From positions 6,048,001 through 6,112,000 of the forward strand of contig OZ245006.1 in assembly GCA_965223545.1 (NCBI GenBank): a DNA stretch of 64,000 bases, in the 5' to 3' direction. The notes below the pieces were generated by a model. The model made no database searches. It worked only from the letters and a program-made list of their open reading frames with translations, and was not told where the DNA came from. A program made the position numbers and the translations under genes. Below, one piece after another: positions 51,601 to 58,766 of the stretch (positions within the stretch are counted from its first letter, which is position 1; every line of letters starts with the position of its first letter). The DNA comes from Planctomycetota bacterium (GTDB lineage Bacteria > Planctomycetota > UBA1135 > UBA2386).

Positions 51601-52469
51601 CGCTCCACCGAGATGCCGACCATTTGGTCGAGCTGCACGCCGAGCCCGCGCAGGTGGTGGGCGAGTCGGTTCGCGCGGGCATCCAGCTCGGCGTAGCTCA
51701 GCGTCGCGTCGCGAAACGCGCAGGCGATCGCGTCGGGTTGGGCCGCGACCTGCTGCTCGAACAGACCGTGCAGGGTGGCGTCGCGCGGAAAGTCGATCGC
51801 CTTGTCGTTCCAGCCGTACAGGATCTGCTGGCGCTCGGTGTCGGTGAGCAGGGGGAGCAGGCCGACGGCGGTGTCGGGGGACGCGGCGACGCCGCCGAGC
51901 AGGGTGGCGAGGTGGCCGGCGGTGCGGGCGATGGTGTCGTCGTCGAACCGCTCCGCGTCGTAGTCGAACGCGCAGCCGTGCGCGTCGAACCCGAGGACGA
52001 GCTCGGTCGTCGCCGCCGCGCCCGAGCCATCGGTGTCGGCGCGACACGCGACCTGGAACAAGCACGCGTCGGGCTCGCCGATCGCGCGGGCGATCTGCGC
52101 GAGGGGCAGCGTGTGCTCACGCGCCGCCGCCATTTGCGCGCGCACGTGCGCGACGATCGCGGCGAACGTCGCGTTGCCATCGATCGACAGCCGCAACGGC
52201 ATCGGCCCCGTCGGCTGCAGCACGCCGATCACCAAGTCGGTCTGTCGGGTGACGCGGTGCAGCAGCACGGCGCAGGCGGCGACCTGCGCGGCGGGCTCGT
52301 CGCCGACCACGCCGCGGGCCGAGGCGTCGAGCGGGTGGTGGGCGTGCGCGGCGCGGGGGGGGTGGTCGGCGGCGCGCGTGCGCAGAGTTGGCAGCTCGAG
52401 CGCCGGTGGGCGTTCGCTGAGCGCGTCGCGCCAGTAGGACGGGGCGTCGGGAGCGTTGGCCTGTGACAT
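48651..52469 (-). CDS. NRPS: partial C, A domain interrupted by a methyltransferase, T
   Basis: YTSGSTGAPKG, GGATE, YRTGDL and QVKIRGYRIELGEIE; MT motif VLEIGCGMG; PLSPNGKVDR; T motif LGGHSLL. Confidence 0.95.
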   Translation of the reverse strand: MSQANAPDAPSYWRDALSERPPALELPTLRTRAADHPPRAAHAHHPLDASARGVVGDEPAAQVAACAVLLHRVTRQTDLVIGVLQPTGPMPLRLSIDGNATFAAIVAHVRAQMAAAREHTLPLAQIARAIGEPDACLFQVACRADTDGSGAAATTELVLGFDAHGCAFDYDAERFDDDTIARTAGHLATLLGGVAASPDTAVGLLPLLTDTERQQILYGWNDKAIDFPRDATLHGLFEQQVAAQPDAIACAFRDATLSYAELDARANRLAHHLRGLGVQLDQMVGISVERSLEMVVGLLAIAKAGGAYLPMDPAYPRERLTYMVDDSKVGVVLTQRHLADTMPATDARLVFVDDPATAADQPATPPDAGVRSTNLAYVIYTSGSTGAPKGVVLNHRGRVNNFLDFNRRFHVGPGDALIALASLSFDMCAYDVFGILAAGATIALPDPDKLQDPPHWAALMSARGVTVWHTAPAMLKMLVDHLEVHTDQVPQSLRLVLLGGDWIPVTLPDRLRALLPECRVISMGGATECSMDSTIYEIGAVDPAWHSIPYGEPMANQLAYVLDPVHLQPLPVGVPGELFLGGIGVGEGYFQRPELTAERFLTDPFAKAEGARMYRTGDLARWMPDGNLELLGRMDNQVKIRGYRIELGEIEARLRDHEAVREGVVVTKTDAAGEKRLVAYVVQDPDWRGPEGDADELSNEQVEQWQAVYDHAYSANVDGGDDPTFNIVSWDSSYTNQPIPEAEMRVWVEQTVERIRARAPDRVLEIGCGMGLLLFRIAPHCSHYMGTDFSTVALDYVHRHAQQRALEQVHLDRRWADNFEGIAEDSLDAVVLNSIVLDFPSMDYLMDVLRGSAKAVRPGGVIFVGDVRGLPMLTAYQSSVQLFQAADDATCDTLRARVQRLIRQEEELVIDPRFFAWLQTQLPEIGFVQIQLKRGDFHNELNKFRYDVTLHIGDVAKTSAATPVERRWDERTDVAALRAELEGDAPELLILRGVRNARVERDVRIVQALAAADCPPTAGALRAAIDANTPPALDPEAMWQLADELGYRCDVRFAAELDQGGFDVAFHRAGDAPADVLFADGAGLAVDPAATAADFANNPMMGKLARQLGPTLRRALGSQLPDYMVPAIYVPMEQLPLSPNGKVDRKALPEPDTSRPDMESPYAAPETPVQEVVAGVWTDVLGLDRVGIHDAFLDLGGHSLLAVQIQARLGEIFPFEIALPDIFESRTVAALSTLIEHRGREAGVDAGEICEMLAAIEALSDDEVQSRIGNDA

Positions 52470-52833
52470 CGGCGGTTGCGGCCGGCCGCATCCGGAACGG
52501 GCCCGAGCGACCGGGGGAGGAGGGCGAGGTGGAGGGATGACGAGACCGGCTGCGGGACCCGACCCGGGTCTGCTCGATGGTCGCAAATTCACTCTAGCTC
52601 GCGTTTTGGGGGCGTGCAAGGCGAGTGGATCCACACCCTTTCCACGGCCGCGGCCGCCGGGTCGAGGCCTCGACCCGCGGGCGCGCGGCGTTGTATTCTT
52701 CCCCGTTCTCCACAGGCCGGTCGGCAGGGCTGGCAGCGGTGCTCGGGGTCCGACGCACCGCGCGCCGAACTTGCCGCATTTCGCTGTCGCCACCGGCGTT
52801 GCAACGCCCGCCGGACGGGGAGCTCAACGACCC

Positions 52834-53874
52834 ATGCACGACACCTCACCGAAGAAGCCGCTCCCCAGGACGACCCGCCGGCGCGTATCCGGCGGCGGAG
52901 CTGCCGGGGTCCGTCTCGGCCCGCTGGGCCAGGCCGCCATCCCGCAGGTCGTGCGGCCCGCGGTCGACGGCACCGATCTGCTGGCCTGGGCCACCGCCAA
53001 CCTCGACACCCTCGACGGTTGGCTGCTGCAGCACCGCGCGCTGTTGTTCCGCGGGTTCGGCGTGCGCGCGGTCGAGCAGTTCGAGCAGTTCGTGCGCGCG
53101 ACATCCGACGGCAACCTGCTCGAATACCGCGACCGCACCACGCCGCGCACCACCGAGGGCAATCGCATCTACACCGCCACGGTGCACCCGGCCGACCAGC
53201 GCATCAACCCGCACAACGAAGGCACGTATTGGACGCGGTGGCCGCAGAAGCTGTACTTCTGCTGCCTCACCGCGCCGCGCAGCGGCGGCCAGACGCCGAT
53301 CTGCGACGTGCGCCGGGTCTATGAGCGCATCCCCGCCGAGGTGCGCGCGCCGTTCGAGGCCAAGGGCTTCATGCTGGTGCGCAACTACAACGACGGCTTC
53401 GGCCTGCCGTGGCAGGAGGTGTTCCAGACCGAGGACAAGGCGGAGGTCGAGAGCTTCTGCCGCGCCAACGACATCGAGTTCGAGTGGAAGTCCGGTGGCC
53501 GGCTGCGCACGACCCAGGTGCGGCCGTGCGTGCGCACGCATCCGCGCACGAATGAGAAGGTATGGTTCAACCACGCGGTGTTCTACCACTCCACCACGCT
53601 GGACCCGGCGACGCGGGAGGCCCTGGTCGGCGAGTTCGGCGAGAGCGGCCTGCCCTACAGCACTTGCTACGGCGACGGCTCGCCGATTCCGGCCGATGCC
53701 GCCGCCGCGGTGCGCGCCGCCTACGCCGCTGAGACGACGATGTTCTCGTGGCAGCCGGGCGACGTGATGCTGCTCGACAACATGAGCGTCGCGCACGCGC
53801 GCGAGCCCTACGAGGGCGAGCGCATGGTGCTGGTGTCGATGACCGACGCGATGGGCGACGGGGACGCGGCATGA
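52834..53874 (+). CDS. TauD/TfdA (SyrP-like) Fe(II)/2-oxoglutarate dioxygenase
   Basis: ALLFRGF, PHNE, GGQTP, VWFNH and WQPGDVMLLDNMSVAHAREPY. Confidence 0.93.
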   Translation: MHDTSPKKPLPRTTRRRVSGGGAAGVRLGPLGQAAIPQVVRPAVDGTDLLAWATANLDTLDGWLLQHRALLFRGFGVRAVEQFEQFVRATSDGNLLEYRDRTTPRTTEGNRIYTATVHPADQRINPHNEGTYWTRWPQKLYFCCLTAPRSGGQTPICDVRRVYERIPAEVRAPFEAKGFMLVRNYNDGFGLPWQEVFQTEDKAEVESFCRANDIEFEWKSGGRLRTTQVRPCVRTHPRTNEKVWFNHAVFYHSTTLDPATREALVGEFGESGLPYSTCYGDGSPIPADAAAAVRAAYAAETTMFSWQPGDVMLLDNMSVAHAREPYEGERMVLVSMTDAMGDGDAA

Positions 53875-56800
53875 CCGAGGTGACGCAGGCCAACGCGGTC
53901 GAGGGCTTTCGGCTATCGCCGCAGCAGCGCGATCTCTGGCGCCAGCAGATGGCGGCGGGTGCGGCCGCGTTCGCGGCGAGTGCTGCGGTCGAGATCGAAG
54001 GCGCGATCGACGCGGAGCGGCTGGCGCGCGCGCTGGAGGTGGTGGTCGGCCGTTACGAGATCTTGCGCACCGGCTTCCACAGCGTGGCGGGGGCGAGCCT
54101 GCCGGTGCAGGTGATCGGCGAGGCGGGTGGTGTCTCGGTCGCGGCGGAGCCGGTGACGGCGCCGTGGGCGGACGCAGCGGCTCTGCGGAAACCGCCGTTG
54201 TTGCATATCGCCTTGCAGCCCGCCGGCGATCGCAGCCGCCTGACGCTCACCGTTCCCGCCCTGTGTGCCGACGCGATCGGCTTGCACAACACCGTGGCCG
54301 CCTTGGCGGCGGTCTACTCCGGTGCCGAGGACGGCGACGAGCCGCTGCAGTACGCGGATCTCGCCGAATGGCAGAACGAGCTGCTGGAGGACGCCGACGC
54401 GCGCGCGTTCTCGCTGCGGGTGGCCGACGCCCGCGCGACCCTACCCGGCGTTCGTGCCGGGGCGGCCACCGCGGCGCAGGACGTGCTCCGGCAGGCGTTG
54501 CCGGCGGAGCTCGGCCAGGCGCTCGCCGCTGTGGCCGAACGGCGGCGGACGACGGTCGAGGTGGTCTGTCTGGCGGGCTTCGCCGCGCTGGTGCACCGTT
54601 TGACCGGGCGCGAGCAAGTCTTGCTCGGCGCGCGCGCCGATGGCCGCGCCTACGAGGGCCTCGATCGCGCCATCGGCCTGTTCGCGCGCGACGTCCCGGT
54701 CTCGGTGTTCGTCGATGGCGAGCGACCGTTCGCCGCGGTGGTCGACGATGCCGCCGCGGCGTGGAGCTCGGCGGGCGAGCGCGTCGAGCAGTTCTCGTGG
54801 GAGCGCGTGGAGGATGCCACCGAGGCGCCGTACTTCGCGCTGGCGTTCGCCGCCGAGGATCGCTCGCAGGTGTTCGCGGTTGGCGATGCCCGGTGGACCG
54901 TTGTCGGGACACGCGCGCACACGCAGCACGCCGACGTCCGCGTGCTGGTCGTGCGCGATGTCGATGGCTGGGCGATGGAGCTGCACGGCGACGCGGCGCG
55001 GGTCGATCGTGCCGCGGCGGCGCGCTGGCTCGACCAGCTGATCGCGCTGCTGGCGCACGCCGCGGACGAGGTCGACACCCCGGTCGGCGCGCTTCGCCTG
55101 CTCGATGCAAACGCCGCCGCCGACATGCTGCGCCGCTTCAACGCGGCCACAGCGCCCGTCGATACCGACCGCACCATCCACGCCACGATCGAGGCCGCGG
55201 TCGACCGTGACCCGAACGCGGTGGCCGTGCAGGCCGTCGACGGCGCCCTGACCTATGGCGAGCTCGAGCGCCGGGCCAACCAGGTCGCGCACCTGCTGCG
55301 CGACCTCGGCGTCGGAGTGGACGACCGCGTGGGCCTGTGCCTGGAGCGCTCGGCGTCGATGCTGGTCGGGCTGCTCGGCATCCTCAAGGCGGGCGCGGGC
55401 TACGTGCCGCTCGATCCGGGTTATCCGCGCGACCGGCTGGCGTTCTTGCTGGCCGACAGCGGCGCCCGCGCAGTGGTCACCGACGCCGCGGGTGCCATGG
55501 CGCTGCCGCCGCACGAAGTCGCGACGTTGTGCTTGGATGGGGATGCCGAGCGGCTGGCCGCGGCCAGTGCCGATCGGCCGCAGCCGGTGGCGGCCGCCGA
55601 TCATCTGGCGTACGTGATCTACACCTCGGGCTCGACCGGCACGCCGAAGGGCGTCGAGATCACGCATCGCACGCTGCTGCACTCGACCCTGGCGCGCGAG
55701 GCGGTCTACCCCGAGGCGCCCGGGCGCTATCTGTTGGTGTCGAGCTACGCCTTCGACAGCTCGGTCGCCGGTTTGTTCTGGACCGCGGTCAGCGGCGGGG
55801 CGCTGGTGCTGCCGGGCCAGGGGCTGGAGCGCGACCTGCGCGCGCTGCGCCAGCTGATCGATACCCACGCGGTGACCCACACCCTGATGCTGCCGTCGCT
55901 GTACACGACCTTGCTGCGGGAGACCGGCGGTGAGGGCATGCGGTCGTTGCGCTGCGTGATCGTCGCCGGTGAGGCGTGCTCGCGCGACACCGTCGATCTG
56001 CACCACGAGCTGCTGCCGGATGCGGGCTTGTGGAACGAGTACGGGCCCACCGAGGGCACGGTGTGGGCGACCGTCCACCATTGCGTGGCGGCCGACGAGG
56101 CCGCCCGCGTGCCGATCGGCGTGCCGATCCGCAACGTCCAGGCCTACGTGCTCGACGCGGCCGGTGGGCCGCTGCCGGTGGGTGTGCCGGGCGAGCTCTA
56201 CATCGGCGGTGACGGTCTGGCGCGCGGCTACCTCGGGCGGCCGGAGCTGACCGCCGAGCGGTTCGTGCGCAACCACCTGGCGGAGACGCCGGGCGATCGG
56301 CTGTACCGAACCGGTGACCTGGTTTGCCGCCGTGACGACGGCGCGCTCGACTTCCTCGGCCGCGTCGACCACCAGGTCAAGGTGCGTGGCTATCGCATCG
56401 AGCTCGAAGAGGTCGAGGCCGCCCTGGTCGAGCTCGACGGCATCGCCGAGGCCGCAGTGGCGGCACCGACGGCGGACGACGGCGCCGCGCGCCTGGTCGG
56501 CTACGTCGTGCCGGCCGCCGGCAGCACGCCGTCCACCGCGGCGATCGCCGATGCGCTGCGGGCGGCGCTGCCCGACTACATGGTGCCCGCGCAGTGGGTC
56601 GTTCTCGACGCGCTGCCGCTCAACCCCAACGGCAAGGTCGATCGCGCCGCCTTGCCCGAGCCCGCCGACGGTGCTGTCGACCGGCCCACTTACGCCGCGC
56701 CGCAGGGGGCGGTGGAGACGGTGCTCGCCGAGCTCTGGGCGGACGTCTTGCAAGTGGAGTCGGTCGGGCGCGAGGACAATTTCTTCCAGCTCGGCGGCCA

Positions 56801-57032
56801 CTCGCTGTTGGTGACCCAGCTGGTGTTCCGCGTGCGCGATACGCTGGGCGTGGAGATGCCGCTGCGCTTGGCGTTCGAGGCGCCCACGCTGGCGGCGCTC
56901 GGCGAAGCGCTGCTGGCCGATCCCGACCGCCGCGCCCGTGCAGAGAAGGCGGCCGCCCTGATCGAGCAGCTGTCGGCCATGTCGGAAGACGAGGTCGATG
57001 CCATGCTCGAGAGCGAGGATCGGCCGGACTGA
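53871..57032 (+). CDS. NRPS: degenerate C (interface-like), A, T
   Basis: EGFRLSPQQ; PALCAD in place of HHxxxD; YTSGSTGTPKG, NEYGPTE and YRTGD; T motif LGGHSLL; ATGA-coupled to the dioxygenase gene. Confidence 0.95.
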   Translation: MTEVTQANAVEGFRLSPQQRDLWRQQMAAGAAAFAASAAVEIEGAIDAERLARALEVVVGRYEILRTGFHSVAGASLPVQVIGEAGGVSVAAEPVTAPWADAAALRKPPLLHIALQPAGDRSRLTLTVPALCADAIGLHNTVAALAAVYSGAEDGDEPLQYADLAEWQNELLEDADARAFSLRVADARATLPGVRAGAATAAQDVLRQALPAELGQALAAVAERRRTTVEVVCLAGFAALVHRLTGREQVLLGARADGRAYEGLDRAIGLFARDVPVSVFVDGERPFAAVVDDAAAAWSSAGERVEQFSWERVEDATEAPYFALAFAAEDRSQVFAVGDARWTVVGTRAHTQHADVRVLVVRDVDGWAMELHGDAARVDRAAAARWLDQLIALLAHAADEVDTPVGALRLLDANAAADMLRRFNAATAPVDTDRTIHATIEAAVDRDPNAVAVQAVDGALTYGELERRANQVAHLLRDLGVGVDDRVGLCLERSASMLVGLLGILKAGAGYVPLDPGYPRDRLAFLLADSGARAVVTDAAGAMALPPHEVATLCLDGDAERLAAASADRPQPVAAADHLAYVIYTSGSTGTPKGVEITHRTLLHSTLAREAVYPEAPGRYLLVSSYAFDSSVAGLFWTAVSGGALVLPGQGLERDLRALRQLIDTHAVTHTLMLPSLYTTLLRETGGEGMRSLRCVIVAGEACSRDTVDLHHELLPDAGLWNEYGPTEGTVWATVHHCVAADEAARVPIGVPIRNVQAYVLDAAGGPLPVGVPGELYIGGDGLARGYLGRPELTAERFVRNHLAETPGDRLYRTGDLVCRRDDGALDFLGRVDHQVKVRGYRIELEEVEAALVELDGIAEAAVAAPTADDGAARLVGYVVPAAGSTPSTAAIADALRAALPDYMVPAQWVVLDALPLNPNGKVDRAALPEPADGAVDRPTYAAPQGAVETVLAELWADVLQVESVGREDNFFQLGGHSLLVTQLVFRVRDTLGVEMPLRLAFEAPTLAALGEALLADPDRRARAEKAAALIEQLSAMSEDEVDAMLESEDRPD

Positions 57033-57052
57033 GGCGTCCGCGCAGAGGCACG

Positions 57053-57856
57053 ATGAATCCGTTCTTCTTCGGCAGCTCCGAGCGGCAGCTGTTCGGCGTT
57101 CACCACCCACCAGAACGCGGCGGTGTGCGCGACAGCGCGGTGCTGATTTGCCCGCCGTTCGGCGCCGAGCACATCGCGGCCCACCGCGCGCTGCAGCAGC
57201 TCGCCGCTCGGCTGGCGCGGGGTGGCTTCCACGTGCTGCGCTTCGACTACTCGTGCACCGGCGATTCCGCGGGTGACGGCGAGGAGGCGCGCTTCGACGA
57301 TTGGGTCGCCGACGTCGGCACCGCGGCGCAAGAGCTGCGGGACACGAGCGGTGCGTCCAAGCTCAGCGTCGTCGGTCTGCGGCTGGGGGCGACCAGCGCG
57401 GCGGTGGCAGCGGCTGCCGGCGGGCTGGGTCCGCTGCACGCCTGCGTGCTGTGGGAGCCCATCGTCGATGGGGACGCCTATCTGCAGTGGTTGGCCGAGC
57501 GGCAGGCCGACTGGGTGCGGCGCACCTACCCCAAGCCCAAGCCGCAGACGCTCCAATGGCGGGTGCCCGAAGTGCTCGGCTTTCCACTGCCGGTGGCGCT
57601 GCAGGACGCGCTGCGCGCGCAGCGCCTGACCGATTTGGCCGCCTCGCCCGCACCGCGCGTGTTGTTGGTGACCAACGAGGGCACGGCGGCGGCCGAGCCG
57701 CTGCGCGCCGCGCTCGATGGCTCGGGCGCGGCGGTCGAATTGCGCGATGTTGCCGCCGAGCCGTGCTGGGTCGGCCACGCCGGTGGCACGATCGCGCTGG
57801 TGCCGGTCGAGGTCCAGCAGTCGATCGCTGCCTGGCTCGGGGAGGCGCACGGGTGA
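57053..57856 (+). CDS. Alpha/beta hydrolase-fold protein lacking a nucleophile (GLRLG type)
   Basis: LICPPFGAE, LRFDYSCTGDS, VGLRLG and LWEPIVDG. Confidence 0.85.
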   Translation: MNPFFFGSSERQLFGVHHPPERGGVRDSAVLICPPFGAEHIAAHRALQQLAARLARGGFHVLRFDYSCTGDSAGDGEEARFDDWVADVGTAAQELRDTSGASKLSVVGLRLGATSAAVAAAAGGLGPLHACVLWEPIVDGDAYLQWLAERQADWVRRTYPKPKPQTLQWRVPEVLGFPLPVALQDALRAQRLTDLAASPAPRVLLVTNEGTAAAEPLRAALDGSGAAVELRDVAAEPCWVGHAGGTIALVPVEVQQSIAAWLGEAHG

Positions 57857-58755
57857 GGGAGGCCGTCGTTCGCTTCGGTGCGCAGAAGTCGCTGGTCGGT
57901 GTGGTCACCGATCCGGAAAACGGCACCGCCACCGGCGGGCTCGGTTGCGTGTTCTTGAACGCTGGCTTCACGCCGCGCATCGGGCCGCAGCGGCTGTCGG
58001 TTCTGCTCGCCCGTCGGCTGGCGGCGATCGGCATTCCCGCTCTGCGGTTCGACTTCTCCGGCATCGGCGACAGTCCGAGTCGGCAGGACAACATGTCGTT
58101 TGCCGACAGCACGGTGTCGGAGACCCAAGAAGCGATGAGTCTGCTCGCCGCCACGCGCGGGGTGCAGCACTTCGTCTTGATCGGTGTCTGTTGGGGCGCC
58201 GACAACGCGCTGCGCGTCAGTCAGGTCGACGAACGCGTCGTCGGGGTCGGCGCAGTCGACTTCTACGCGCTGTTCTCGATGCGGTATCTGGTGCGTACCC
58301 ACCGCGGCCGGTTGGCGGATCCGCGCAGCTGGTGGCGGTTGTTGCGCGGCGCCAGTCCGGCGATCGGCCGCGCGCTCGGTGGCCTGCTCGAACTGGCCAA
58401 GCAGCGGCGCGCGGCGCGTGGCGACACCTCGGGGGACCTGCTGCCCGTCAAAGCGCCGGCGACCGTCGTCGCCGAGCTGCGCGCGGGCATCGAACGCGGG
58501 GTCGAGATGTGCTTCGTGTATGCGCGCGGGGCTCCGAGCTACGATCAATACGTGATGAACTTCGCCGCGCCGATGCGCGATCTGGAGGGGCCGGGCCGAC
58601 TGCGCATCGAGCTGTTCGATGACGCGGACCACGTGTTCACTCTGCTGAGCAACCAAGGCGCGTTGATGGACGCGCTCGTGGAATGGACCCGGCAGCTGGC
58701 GGCGCGCCGCGCCGCCGCGGGCGGCCCGACGGTGTCGGAGTCGTTGACTCACTGA
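57853..58755 (+). CDS. Alpha/beta hydrolase with Cys at the nucleophile elbow (GVCWG)
   Basis: NAGFTPRIGPQR, LRFDFSGIGDS, GVCWGA and ADHVF; GTGA overlap. Confidence 0.85.
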   Translation: MREAVVRFGAQKSLVGVVTDPENGTATGGLGCVFLNAGFTPRIGPQRLSVLLARRLAAIGIPALRFDFSGIGDSPSRQDNMSFADSTVSETQEAMSLLAATRGVQHFVLIGVCWGADNALRVSQVDERVVGVGAVDFYALFSMRYLVRTHRGRLADPRSWWRLLRGASPAIGRALGGLLELAKQRRAARGDTSGDLLPVKAPATVVAELRAGIERGVEMCFVYARGAPSYDQYVMNFAAPMRDLEGPGRLRIELFDDADHVFTLLSNQGALMDALVEWTRQLAARRAAAGGPTVSESLTH

Positions 58756-58766
58756 GGCGGAGGGCA

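Noticed and set aside
52470..52833. Fur box or siderophore interpretation of the NRPS cluster
   Set aside because: No GATAATGAT-like palindrome in the divergent promoter region and no uptake genes nearby.
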